Counted from the first letter of the stretch, positions 8,127-18,210 are shown. The stretch: 64,000 bases of DNA from Planctomycetota bacterium (GCA_965661685.1 CBFIET010000122.1:27270-91269), one strand, 5' to 3'. Numbers and translations: made by a program. Notes: generated by a model not told the origin, from the sequence alone.

Positions 8127-11100
8127 ACGTCGTCCCCAATCAGAAGTTGGTATGGCACTATTGATGGTGATTCTGGTGCTGGCTGCCCTCGCCGCCATCG
8201 GAACGCCCTTCGTCATCTCGATGAAGTTGCAGGAGAATGGAGCGGCTCGGTCGGTGGCGCAACAGCGTGCCCATCTCGGTGCACGCAGCGCCAGAAGTCA
8301 TGCCATCAGTCATCTGTTCGATACGCACCACAGTCGTGAGCGAGACCTCTGGGTACCCGGAATGGAGGCTCCCGATCTGGTCGATTCTGCCGACGAACTC
8401 GAGATCGAATTTCCCCCCGGGTTTGTCGCATCGGCTGTCGTGGGAGATGGTCCTCTCCCGATGCAAGCCCGTGGTGTCTCCGATCTGATCCTCGATTCCC
8501 ATGTCACCGATGAACAGGGCAAGGTCAATCTCAACAGCGCCATGCCCAATCTGATCGGCAATCTTCTGGCGGGAAGTCACCTCTCTGTCGATATCAAGTA
8601 CGAGGATGTACTCACCGAACTGCCTCTGGATGACACATCGAGTTTCCCTGTCGACGATGATCCCGATACTGTCGACGGAGTGGTGGTGATCCTCAATCCG
8701 ATTTTCTTCACCGTCGAGGCGGTGTCTTACACGGGAAAGACCGAAACCGCACTCACCGGCATTTTTCGCGGCCAGTACCTATCCGGTACCTGGGAGCATC
8801 AGAAGGGGTGGCCCGTCTTCGATCTTCGTGGCCTGAAGGTCTTCCTGCATCGGTTGGCCAATCTTTCCGATGGTGAGATTGCCACATTCCGAACACCGAT
8901 CGGGTTGCGCCAGATCGCCGACTGGTCGGTGATTCCGTACTTCCTGCAAACCCTCGCGGTACTCGGGCTCAATCTGGAAAACATGGCGGAGTGGGGGCTT
9001 TCGCCGGAGATGCTGGTGCGTGCCGGTATCGATCCGAAGATGATGCAGAGGGAACCTGAAGAGGTTGACGAAGCGGAGTACCGTCGGTCACGCAAGTTGC
9101 TTCTCGACAACAACATTCCCAAGGAAGTGGTCGAGCTGGTCGAATCGATTCGAGGCAAGAACGCCATCATCGAGGCAGCCAAGTTCGCGGAGGATCTAGG
9201 CCTCGATAAGGCTCGTGGAAATGCCTTCAAGGGCTTCTACATCACCTTCGTGGCTCCCGAGTTGAAGAAGTTGAAGGCGCACTCGAAGGGATACACTCCG
9301 AAGGCGATCATGGCTTACGAGCAGATCAACAACATCCCGGGGATGGAGACCTTCTCTGCAGCAGATTTTGAACAGATCAGGGATCTCGTCACCACAACCT
9401 CGACCCAGCCACGGGAGTGGTCTCAGGAGCAGATGGTCGAGGGGGAGATCACCAACAGCGCGCTGCTCGGTGTACCTCAGATGCGATTGCCCAGATACGA
9501 CTTCTTCAATCCCGGTACCGTGGTACGGATCCGTAGCATCGAGGATCCGTCAAAGGTGGAGTACGGTCTCGCCGCCGGGGCATTCCCAACACCTCGCGGT
9601 GGATTTCGAGGGATGGGTCAGGGGAGCATCTTCCAGGGAGGGGTCATCCTCAAGGAGCCTCTCAAGCTGAAATGGCGCGAGAGAGAGGCGATGGTCAGTG
9701 CCGCTCTTCGGCATCCCATCAACATCAACACCGCCCCACGTCGGGTCATCCAGGCGGTTCTCACCGGTCTCTCGGTAGACCGTTTCTCGAGGGAGTTCAA
9801 CGGTGTCACCGTCAAGGAGGCTCGGGATCTCACCGATCGCCTGATGGAAGCGATGCCGATCTCCGGTTTCGCTGCATTCCGCAGCATCGTCGAAAGTGCT
9901 CAACTCGCTGGAGATCTTGACGGAAGAGATTCGGAGGCGATCCTGATCAATGCCTTGAATCCGAATCAGCCTCGCCTGTCGATCTCGACCACCAGTTTCT
10001 GCTACTCGACATCCGATGTGTACACCGTGGAGTCCACGGGTGTGTCGAGGAGTCCGGTAGGAAGTCCCGTGGCTACCGTTCGCCTCCGCGAGGTGATCGA
10101 GGTCGCTCCTCCTGATTCCCTTTCACTGCGTCTTCAAACCCAGGAAGACTGGGCGAGCATCTTTGCCACTCGCGATCCTGGTCAGGGTAGATTCACCCGC
10201 TTCAACAGTACCTTCGTTCCGGGTAGGGCATCCAACCTGATGGTGTGCGGACCGATTCCATTGCAGAGAACCAAGTTCACCGGGCCCTCGCTCGATCAGG
10301 GGTCACTGAGAGGCGAGGCACTTTCCAGCGAGAACAGTTCGGCTCGATATCGTCATGGCTCCGTCGCCTTGCTCGAGGTGGAGCATTTTTACGACACGCT
10401 GGAAGGTTACGAACTGGAGGACGGTCCCTGGTCACGCTCGGTGGTGATCGAGAACCAGCAGGAATCAGGTGGAAGGCGTGGAAGGCGATCGGTTCCACAA
10501 CCGCAAGTATCCGCTGTTGAAGAAGTCCCGGAAGTGGTCACTACGATTCCGGCGATGGTCGATTTCTGGTACCGACCACGGTGGGGTTCCCGTAGTGGCA
10601 ACAAGATGATCTTCGATTCCTGTGGTCCTACCCTCGAGCGACACCGCAATCGAGTTCGACTCTTCTTCGCCGGGGACAGGCAAGAACTGGTGCTTCAGGT
10701 CTTCGACGAGACGGGGGCTGCCATCGCCTGGAAGTCGGACGTATTGCCCGCTGCGGAGGTTCGATACCCGGTGACCAACGTCACCTTTGCCGATGACACC
10801 TGGTATCACATCTCTGCCGGCTGGAAGTCCACCAGGCCTGGAGATCTGACCTTGATGATCGATCGCAGACCGGTCGGCAAGCAGTCCTGGCTTTCGCGAC
10901 TCGGTGGTGGTCTTTCCTTTGGCGGAACCCGTGTGTCGATCGAGGACATCGAGATTGCCAATCGATTCCCGCCCAGCGGCACCCTGCTGGTGGGAAGCGA
11001 GGCGATCGATTACTCCGGTAAGGAGGGCTCCTCCTTCATCGTGCGGGCTCCAGGCCCCAATGGTGAGCCTCCGCTGGGGCGTGGTGTTCGAGGCACGGTG

Positions 11101-13851
11101 CGTTCCGCTCATCCTGCCGGCACCGCAGTTCGCTTGCTCGGTTATTCGCTGCAACTGGCCAGCTCCGATCCCAATATCGGTGTTGCTGACTCGACCAATC
11201 GCCTGATCATCGGCCCGGCAGGTGCGACACTGGGTATCGATCAGGCCGCAACGATGAGGGTTCAGAGTTTCAACTCTTCCAATGGTGCCGTGGAACTGGC
11301 TCCCAGCAGTTTTGCCTATGCCAGTACGCAGATCCTCTCAGGGGTTGTCGGGCAGGCGGTCAGCACCCTGGAACTGGAGCCTTTCAGTGCCGCTTCCACC
11401 TCACTGCTCGTGCAGACAGAGGGAACTCACCCCCTTGAACTGGGCTTCCCTCCCAGGGGATACATTCACATCGAACAGTGGACGCAACAGGGAACCGAGC
11501 CGAGTCGCAGGGTTGCCGTTGAGTTCGCGAAGTACTCGACCATCACACCGGGACCAATTCCGGGCTTGTACCGTTTTACCGGCATGGGCCGGGCGATGCT
11601 CGGTTCGGTGGCAACACAGGGCATCAACAACGCCGAATCGAACACAAGACTCTTCGTCCGGGGAGTTTCCCTCGAGTCGGACGCAAGCAATCTGGATAAT
11701 GCCTATGCGCCATCGGGAGTGATCCAGATCGCTCGGCCTCCCGGCCTTCTCGCCGGAGGTGTACTGAACGATTGCGAATGGATTCGCTACACTTCCATCG
11801 CCGAGGGCAAGTTTTTCATCTGCGATCCGGATGCGTCGTCCGTCTTCAGGGGCTTTACCGGTGACCGCTACACCGCATCTTCCGATCCGTTCCGGCAAAA
11901 TAGGCCGATCTGGGACCGAGCAGGCATCGTCAATCATGTTGCGGGGCAGGAAATCATCCAGGTGGTCCGGACCGTGGGATCGAAAGCTGGTTTTGGCGAC
12001 CAGGTGATCCTCGGGGATGGATATGGAGATCCCACCCAGCGGATGGTCGAGGCCGCTCCGCTGCGGGTCTGGAAGGTTCGGGAGACGACTACCGGAGTCT
12101 ACGCGAGTTTTTACTGGTCTCCCGAGGGGCTCTATACCACTGCACAGGATCCACGGATCCGGCGCTTTCCAAGTGGCGGATTGCCGTCCACCTCGGAGGG
12201 GCGCATCGTCTTCGGCGGCTCGATGATCTCCGGAGATGGCGTTGCCGCTCCGGGAACACTCGATGAGGTCCGCTTCAGCCGTCTCGACACCAGCGATGTC
12301 GACATGTACGCCTTTCCCGTAGCGACCGGGGGACGCTTCATCACCGACACCATCTCCGATTCCTCTGGAGCCAGCAGTGGAGTGCAGCGGCGAGTGATCC
12401 GTAGCCACTTCACCAGGAATGATTCGGAACAAGGTGGTGGGGGCATCGACAGGATCGCCTTGCTTGCCCGTTCCCGATTGATCTCTTCCGCCACTCAGCC
12501 AACCGGGGAGGGGGCTGCTCCGGGCGGAGTCACCCGCAGTTTTTCAGTGGGGGATCCGAGCAAGTTCGGCATGGGAAGCACGGAAGGCCTGCTCCAGGTC
12601 GATTCGGAAATCTTCCATTACTCCCACGAATCCAATCAACAGCAGCAAGACGCCGTGATCGTTCAACTGGTGCAGGATTTACCGCGAGATCCGTTCATCG
12701 ATGAGAGTGAGTTGGGTGACGGAGATACGGTTCCGTACAACCCTGATCGAGATCTCCGGGTCGAGATGGTTTCCGATGTGAAGGTCGACAACACCGGCAA
12801 CCTGCCTCCCGGCGGAGGTTTCCTCGAGTTCATCACAGGCTCTACCAGTGAAGTGATCTTCTACCAGCAAGCGACCAACGGATACCTGAGGAATGTACTG
12901 CGTGGACAGCTGGGATCACCGGTGGGTGGCTATGTATACCAGTACAACTACCTCGATGCAGAAGGTGTGACGCAGACGATCACCAACACTCATCGTTTGC
13001 GACTACTGCCCAGTCGAGAGATCGATGTTCTGACCCGGGGAATGCTCTCTTCTGCCCGGGAGGATGGTCAACTGGGACATGAGTCGTTGATGCCGCTTCC
13101 CTCGATCCCGGTGGCCAGGTTGGCGGGGCAATTGCGTGAAGGTGGATTGACCCTCGACATCCTGGGTGGTGACGACGATCAACCTTCCAGTAGCCTCCGT
13201 GCTTTCGGTAACAATGAAGGATACCTGGTCGTCGATGACGGCATCGCCACCACTCCTGACGAAATCATCGCCCATACTGGAGTTTCCGGGAACGGTTTCG
13301 GATTGTTCCGGGACGATCGAAGCGGAAAGCCGATCTTCCGTGGACGATTCGGGACCGGCGAGATGGTGAGTTCAACCAGCGCTCCTCCACGAGGCACGCC
13401 AGTCATCGAGTTGATGGCTCGCAATCACGACCGCTTCCAGTACATGGTCGATTCGAAGGATCTTCAGTACTTCGAGCGTGCCTGGACGATGCCGGGAACG
13501 ATGTGGGATCGCATCGGCTGGGAGGTGGAGCAAACCACCCGCGGAGCCACTCCGGCATTCGTGCAGATTTATGCCCGGTTCGACGGCAAACCCTCCTGGG
13601 ATTCCGAACCTACAAATTCACCTGGAGGACTGTACCGGTTCGATCAGCCAGACCAGGAGAACCTGTTGGGGCAGTACGGAGATTCACTGGAAGTCAGGGT
13701 TTATTACTACCATCAGCGGGGTGCCTACGGGCGAAACTCCAGTTCCGGTCAGTGGAGCGATGAGTGGAAACACCTACCGGTCCTCAAGAACCTGAAGATT
13801 GAACACCGCAAGGAGTGGCGAGTGCTCCATCACGAGGAGTTCCCCTACTGA
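8119..13851 (+). CDS. Giant (1910 aa) GspK/PilX-like minor pseudopilin fused to a very large beta-rich extracellular region
   Basis: GspK-type N-terminus (basic residues, then G-MALLMVILVLAALAAI with no Glu at +5). ComEA/GspK-like helix-hairpin-helix region (HPININTAPRRVIQAVLTGL). An internal LamG-like segment (WYHISAGW...LMIDRRPVG). GTG start overlaps the upstream stop, and the stop overlaps the downstream ATG. Confidence 0.7.
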   Translation: MVERRPQSEVGMALLMVILVLAALAAIGTPFVISMKLQENGAARSVAQQRAHLGARSARSHAISHLFDTHHSRERDLWVPGMEAPDLVDSADELEIEFPPGFVASAVVGDGPLPMQARGVSDLILDSHVTDEQGKVNLNSAMPNLIGNLLAGSHLSVDIKYEDVLTELPLDDTSSFPVDDDPDTVDGVVVILNPIFFTVEAVSYTGKTETALTGIFRGQYLSGTWEHQKGWPVFDLRGLKVFLHRLANLSDGEIATFRTPIGLRQIADWSVIPYFLQTLAVLGLNLENMAEWGLSPEMLVRAGIDPKMMQREPEEVDEAEYRRSRKLLLDNNIPKEVVELVESIRGKNAIIEAAKFAEDLGLDKARGNAFKGFYITFVAPELKKLKAHSKGYTPKAIMAYEQINNIPGMETFSAADFEQIRDLVTTTSTQPREWSQEQMVEGEITNSALLGVPQMRLPRYDFFNPGTVVRIRSIEDPSKVEYGLAAGAFPTPRGGFRGMGQGSIFQGGVILKEPLKLKWREREAMVSAALRHPININTAPRRVIQAVLTGLSVDRFSREFNGVTVKEARDLTDRLMEAMPISGFAAFRSIVESAQLAGDLDGRDSEAILINALNPNQPRLSISTTSFCYSTSDVYTVESTGVSRSPVGSPVATVRLREVIEVAPPDSLSLRLQTQEDWASIFATRDPGQGRFTRFNSTFVPGRASNLMVCGPIPLQRTKFTGPSLDQGSLRGEALSSENSSARYRHGSVALLEVEHFYDTLEGYELEDGPWSRSVVIENQQESGGRRGRRSVPQPQVSAVEEVPEVVTTIPAMVDFWYRPRWGSRSGNKMIFDSCGPTLERHRNRVRLFFAGDRQELVLQVFDETGAAIAWKSDVLPAAEVRYPVTNVTFADDTWYHISAGWKSTRPGDLTLMIDRRPVGKQSWLSRLGGGLSFGGTRVSIEDIEIANRFPPSGTLLVGSEAIDYSGKEGSSFIVRAPGPNGEPPLGRGVRGTVRSAHPAGTAVRLLGYSLQLASSDPNIGVADSTNRLIIGPAGATLGIDQAATMRVQSFNSSNGAVELAPSSFAYASTQILSGVVGQAVSTLELEPFSAASTSLLVQTEGTHPLELGFPPRGYIHIEQWTQQGTEPSRRVAVEFAKYSTITPGPIPGLYRFTGMGRAMLGSVATQGINNAESNTRLFVRGVSLESDASNLDNAYAPSGVIQIARPPGLLAGGVLNDCEWIRYTSIAEGKFFICDPDASSVFRGFTGDRYTASSDPFRQNRPIWDRAGIVNHVAGQEIIQVVRTVGSKAGFGDQVILGDGYGDPTQRMVEAAPLRVWKVRETTTGVYASFYWSPEGLYTTAQDPRIRRFPSGGLPSTSEGRIVFGGSMISGDGVAAPGTLDEVRFSRLDTSDVDMYAFPVATGGRFITDTISDSSGASSGVQRRVIRSHFTRNDSEQGGGGIDRIALLARSRLISSATQPTGEGAAPGGVTRSFSVGDPSKFGMGSTEGLLQVDSEIFHYSHESNQQQQDAVIVQLVQDLPRDPFIDESELGDGDTVPYNPDRDLRVEMVSDVKVDNTGNLPPGGGFLEFITGSTSEVIFYQQATNGYLRNVLRGQLGSPVGGYVYQYNYLDAEGVTQTITNTHRLRLLPSREIDVLTRGMLSSAREDGQLGHESLMPLPSIPVARLAGQLREGGLTLDILGGDDDQPSSSLRAFGNNEGYLVVDDGIATTPDEIIAHTGVSGNGFGLFRDDRSGKPIFRGRFGTGEMVSSTSAPPRGTPVIELMARNHDRFQYMVDSKDLQYFERAWTMPGTMWDRIGWEVEQTTRGATPAFVQIYARFDGKPSWDSEPTNSPGGLYRFDQPDQENLLGQYGDSLEVRVYYYHQRGAYGRNSSSGQWSDEWKHLPVLKNLKIEHRKEWRVLHHEEFPY

Positions 13852-14933
13852 TGCAGCGCCAGGACGGAATGACACTGATCGAGATCCTCGTTGCTCTCGG
13901 CATCTTCGTGATGCTGGGGAGTGGGCTCGTGATGTTTCTTCGCGACGGCATCGCTACCTGGCAGGTGGGCGAGTCTCGACGAGAGGCAGTCGAACGAGCC
14001 GAGGCGATCCTCGAACCGCTCGCGGCCGACCTGCGTTCTCTCTTCACTCAGCCAGATCCCGGTCCTGGTGGTGGTTTCGTCGATGTCTTGCTTCTCTGTG
14101 ATCGAGACCAGCATCGGCGTCCTCGCCTCCGTATGGTCAGCGCTCTTGATGAGGAGACGAGAAATCCCATCAGCCGCATTGCAGGATCACTCACCGGGGG
14201 GGTCGCCGAGATCGATTACATCAACGATTCGATGGAAGCGAAACTCGGAATCTTACGGGCTCCCGGAGGGCTCTGTGAGGTCTCCTATTCGATGGGTCCT
14301 GAAGCGGATTCGGAGCTGCTGTGGCGGGGATTCAAGAGCCCGATCGGCGGCCCCGGCAGTGTATTCATCGATTCAAACCTCGCTCCCGATGAGGATGGTA
14401 CTCCCAGGAGAAGCCGTCCCATCGCAGATGGTGTTCTCTACATGGAGTGGTCCTTCTGGGGGGGAGATCGACGGCACTGGGTCGGGGGGAAGGCGCAAGC
14501 TCCCATCAAGGTCTGGGATTCGACACGGGGAATCATCAAGATGCCGAAGGAGAGTGGAGTCTCGTGGGATCCATCGAGTCGTGACGACCCATTCGACGAT
14601 GTGTTTCCCGACACGGTGGAGATCTTGCTGGTATTGAGGCCCAATCGATCGAAGGCGTTGGCGCGCCTCTCCGCCGATCTCGATGATTCTGCACGAACCA
14701 TCCGGGTCGACAATACCGCACAGTATCCAGTGACCCCCGATTCCTACATTCGCATCGATGCGGAATGGATTCGCGTCGGTGAGATCGGTCCTCGTTCCTT
14801 CAACGACTGCCAGAGAGGGGCTCGAGGAACGACTGCTGTCGATCATCGAAGAGGAACTTCCGTCGTGCACGGATCCAACTTTCACAAGACGGTCAGAATC
14901 CCCACCTCACGCGATCCAGGAGGTGTTCGTTGA
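13851..14933 (+). CDS. Minor pseudopilin (GspJ-like)
   Basis: Prepilin motif G-MTLIEILVALGIFVMLGSGL with Glu at +5. The internal ATG at 13851 is preferred over the track start 13815 because it overlaps the upstream stop as TGATG. Confidence 0.65.
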   Translation: MQRQDGMTLIEILVALGIFVMLGSGLVMFLRDGIATWQVGESRREAVERAEAILEPLAADLRSLFTQPDPGPGGGFVDVLLLCDRDQHRRPRLRMVSALDEETRNPISRIAGSLTGGVAEIDYINDSMEAKLGILRAPGGLCEVSYSMGPEADSELLWRGFKSPIGGPGSVFIDSNLAPDEDGTPRRSRPIADGVLYMEWSFWGGDRRHWVGGKAQAPIKVWDSTRGIIKMPKESGVSWDPSSRDDPFDDVFPDTVEILLVLRPNRSKALARLSADLDDSARTIRVDNTAQYPVTPDSYIRIDAEWIRVGEIGPRSFNDCQRGARGTTAVDHRRGTSVVHGSNFHKTVRIPTSRDPGGVR

Positions 14934-15355
14934 AGTCCAATCCTGGTCAGCACGGTTTCAGTTTACTCGAGGTGGTGGTTGCGCTGGGAATCCTCATCGT
15001 CGGGGTCAGTTCGGCGATCTCGCTCTTTGCTGCAGGCACTGCAGCGCATAGTCGTGCGGTTGACCGAGTGCGATCGATCGAGGTCTGCGAGGTGGTGCTC
15101 GCGTCGCTGGAGGGCGCGTTACGAGACGGGGCCACCCTCACCCAGATCATCAACGATCCACCGTGGCAACCTTTGCTGGTACGCTGGCCCGGAATCGAGG
15201 TCGATCTGGAGTACGGGACCATCGACAAGGATGAGTATACCGACCTGTTGCTGGTGGAGATTCACGTGCGCTGGATCTCTCGGGGGCAGGAATCGCAAGA
15301 GATCTTCCACCAACTGGTGCCCAGGATGAGAAGTGTCCGACTGGATCGTCCCTGA
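14930..15355 (+). CDS. Minor pseudopilin (GspI-like)
   Basis: Prepilin motif G-FSLLEVVVALGILIVGVS. 141 aa, a typical GspI size. Four-nucleotide overlap with the upstream gene. Confidence 0.65.
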   Translation: MKSNPGQHGFSLLEVVVALGILIVGVSSAISLFAAGTAAHSRAVDRVRSIEVCEVVLASLEGALRDGATLTQIINDPPWQPLLVRWPGIEVDLEYGTIDKDEYTDLLLVEIHVRWISRGQESQEIFHQLVPRMRSVRLDRP

Positions 15356-15363
15356 TCCGTCGC

Positions 15364-16479
15364 TCAGACGCTGACCAGTGCTCTCTCCATCAATTCCTGT
15401 GGATTGGGACCGAGGCCACCCTTCAGTTGCCAGTCCATCTCGATCAAGGTCTCGATGATTCGCCCGGTACGTTCCAGGTCACAACTTCGGTACTGTTTGC
15501 GTAGTCTCGGCAGGAATGGCCGAGCGATACCCGCCTCGAGGATCTGGGATTCACCTCCACCTGTAGCAACGATTCGGTGAATGGTGCGGAGTTCCCTCGC
15601 CCTCTTCAGGGACAGGGCCATGAACTGCAGCAGCAGGCGTTGAGGATCTCGGACTCGCTGGTTCTTCTCATCGAGGGAGCCCTGGTTGACGATGTCGGAG
15701 AGGATTTGCAAGCCCCGGGGAGCGTTCTCTTCGAACCAGCAGTCGACCAGATCAAAAGCACTTCCATCGCCACCTTCTGCAGTATTGGCAACGATGACAT
15801 CTTCATCGACTTCGCTGCACTTCTTTGAATCACAGACGGTGGAGATCTTCTCGATGGCTCCGGCGAGTTGATCCATCTGTGGCCCGATTCGATCGATGAG
15901 CAGCTGGGCCAGCTGTGGAGTGGCTCGAAGGGAGTTCTGCTTGAAGCGATGGACAACCCAGGAGTTCATCTCATGATCCCACGGCCTCGCATCGGGCTGC
16001 CAGGGAGGAGGTCGGTGGAAAGGTCTGTCAGCCGTGATCCACAGGGCGTGCTTGGTCAGTGCCTTGGCGACCTTGCTGCGACCGTCGAGGGACTCGAGGG
16101 TGAGGATCAGGAGTGAGTCGGAGGGCGGCTGGGTCACGAACTGAACCCAGGTGTCCGGGTCCGACTTGAGCCAGTTGGAGGCGTCCTGGAGGATCACCAC
16201 CGGTCCCGAACCGAATAGACTGGGAGTCCGTAGTTCGTCAAACAATTGCCGCAACTGGTCATCCTGGACCTGTTTGCCCCCCTGGATCCTCATCACCGCG
16301 TCCGGATCGGGAGGGCCATCTGGCGTCGCCTCGAGTAGCATCTGGATCGCCTCACGACGTAGCAAATCCTCCTTGCCGACGATGATCGCCACGGCAGGAG
16401 TTCCCTGGGACAGCCTCGATCCGAGTGCGGAGACGGTGACCTTGTGATTGCTAGAGGGAGATCGCGATCGTTTTGCCAT
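15364..16479 (-). CDS. holA: DNA polymerase III delta subunit
   Basis: Length and the C-terminal FDLVDCWFEENAPRGLQILSDI segment resemble the HolA C-terminal domain. Start taken at MAKRS. Confidence 0.6.
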   Translation of the reverse strand: MAKRSRSPSSNHKVTVSALGSRLSQGTPAVAIIVGKEDLLRREAIQMLLEATPDGPPDPDAVMRIQGGKQVQDDQLRQLFDELRTPSLFGSGPVVILQDASNWLKSDPDTWVQFVTQPPSDSLLILTLESLDGRSKVAKALTKHALWITADRPFHRPPPWQPDARPWDHEMNSWVVHRFKQNSLRATPQLAQLLIDRIGPQMDQLAGAIEKISTVCDSKKCSEVDEDVIVANTAEGGDGSAFDLVDCWFEENAPRGLQILSDIVNQGSLDEKNQRVRDPQRLLLQFMALSLKRARELRTIHRIVATGGGESQILEAGIARPFLPRLRKQYRSCDLERTGRIIETLIEMDWQLKGGLGPNPQELMERALVSV

Positions 16480-16778
16480 AACGTAGTGTCGTTGCAAGAT
16501 GGCGAGAATTCAACCGACGGTTATTGAACAGGAGGTGTCGATGATGTAAGGATGTTGCTCGGGAAAGATCCGTACGGTTCGGATCGGAAGTGTGGTGAAA
16601 ATCCACCGCGGTGCCGCCGCTGTAACTGGGGACGAAACCTGCACCTCTCGTGCCTTGAATGGCCCGGGAGAGCCACTACCGAAACGTGGGAAGGCGCAGG
16701 CGGAGAATGATCCAGAAGCCAGAAGACCTCCCGTGAATCAGGTCCCCGAAAGGGGTTTCTCCGAGCAGGGATGACTGG

Positions 16779-18173
16779 ATGTTACATATCTGTGCGGAGT
16801 GCTGCGAAAGCACTCCATCTCTCGTTCGATTGCAGGGTTCGCCCTGGAATCTGACGATCTTTGTTCTTCTTTTGTCGCTGGTCTTCGGTCACTCTTCACT
16901 GAGTGCTGGAGATCCTGTCGCTGCGGTGAGCACGACGATCCCCTCTTACCAGATCGATTCGCATCCCTATTCGGTCGTCCTCGATCCCGCCGGTGACCTG
17001 GGTTACATCTCCGTTTGTGGTGAGGTGGCACCGTTCAATGAGCCGGTCTATCTGCACAGTGGATACCACGTCATCGAGTTCGATGCACACTCCCTCGAGG
17101 TTCTCCGCACTTTCGAGGTCGGATTCTATCCGACCGAAATGCTTCATGTCGGTGATGAATTGTGGGTGAGTTGTTCGACGGTCAGCGCCCTTCATCGCAT
17201 CGACCTCGACTCCGGAAGTGTTTCGCTTGTTCCCTTTGATGACAGTAGCGGAGGTGAAATCGGATTCCCTTCGGGACTGGCAGAGGGGTGGGGCGGGGAG
17301 ATCATCGTCGCCTCCAACGGCGGAAGTTTCGATGGTTCCAATGAGAACATCATCGTCATAGATCCCGTCACCGAGGAAGTGATTCAACGATATGAAATCG
17401 CCGGCGGAATCTCCAGCATGGCGGTCCTCGATGACGGCACCTTGCTGGTTCCCGTTGGATTTCCTGGCGATGATTTCACCGCACCTCCCTCCATCGTCTG
17501 GATCGATGGGGCAGAAGGAAGTGTCGTCGCGGAAATCTCTCTCGATCTGGACACCTCTGACTTTCCCGCTCCCAGTGATCTGGCCGTGCTCGACGACGGC
17601 ACCGCCCTGGTCACGATTTTCGGAGGCAGTTCCCTCGTCTATCGAGTCGATCTTCAGACGAGAGAACTCCACTCATCCATCGCGGTTCCATCCGGGGATC
17701 CTGTTCAATCCGCTGTGGCCGCAGACGGCCTCGACAGTTTTCTGGTCGCCGATTATTTCAGTGGATTGATCCATCGTATCGATCTCGACCAGGGTGACGT
17801 GCTGGAAGTGCTGACTGGTAATCAACTGCCGAATCGACTCGTCATCTCCGGTGAACGCATTTTCACCGCCCAGCAGGGACAGGAACTTGTCACCGTGCAT
17901 GCTGGAGACGGCGCCTTCATCCGAGGGGATGTGAATGTCGATGGCCGGATTGATCTGGCGGATCCGGTAATGCTATTGCAGTGGCTGTTCGTCGGTCCGC
18001 TGCTTCCCTGCGAGGATTCCGCTGACTTCGATGACAATGGAATTCTCGACATCTCCGATGGGATTCAGTCGCTGATGTTCCTGTTCGTGCAAGGCCCTAC
18101 GCCAGCTTTCCCCTTTCCGGTTGCTGGCGGAGACATGACTTCAGATGTTCTCGATTGCATCGCTCTCCCTTGA
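16779..18173 (+). CDS. Secreted beta-propeller protein with a C-terminal type I dockerin module
   Basis: Signal peptide. Repeated beta-propeller blades. Two Ca-binding dockerin loops at the C-terminus: GDVNVDGRIDLADPVMLLQWLF and ADFDDNGILDISDGIQSLMFLF. Confidence 0.65.
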   Translation: MLHICAECCESTPSLVRLQGSPWNLTIFVLLLSLVFGHSSLSAGDPVAAVSTTIPSYQIDSHPYSVVLDPAGDLGYISVCGEVAPFNEPVYLHSGYHVIEFDAHSLEVLRTFEVGFYPTEMLHVGDELWVSCSTVSALHRIDLDSGSVSLVPFDDSSGGEIGFPSGLAEGWGGEIIVASNGGSFDGSNENIIVIDPVTEEVIQRYEIAGGISSMAVLDDGTLLVPVGFPGDDFTAPPSIVWIDGAEGSVVAEISLDLDTSDFPAPSDLAVLDDGTALVTIFGGSSLVYRVDLQTRELHSSIAVPSGDPVQSAVAADGLDSFLVADYFSGLIHRIDLDQGDVLEVLTGNQLPNRLVISGERIFTAQQGQELVTVHAGDGAFIRGDVNVDGRIDLADPVMLLQWLFVGPLLPCEDSADFDDNGILDISDGIQSLMFLFVQGPTPAFPFPVAGGDMTSDVLDCIALP

Positions 18174-18210
18174 TGGGGTAATAATCCACTCCCAGGCAGA
18201 TTGGATCAAA

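Noticed and set aside
8158-13424. Numerous 60-340-aa ORFs on the minus strand and in alternate plus frames inside the giant GspK-like gene (e.g. 10465..11154-, 11401..12432-)
   Set aside because: They lie antisense to, or out of frame with, a long continuous ORF that has clear pseudopilin features. Such ORFs are expected in high-GC DNA.
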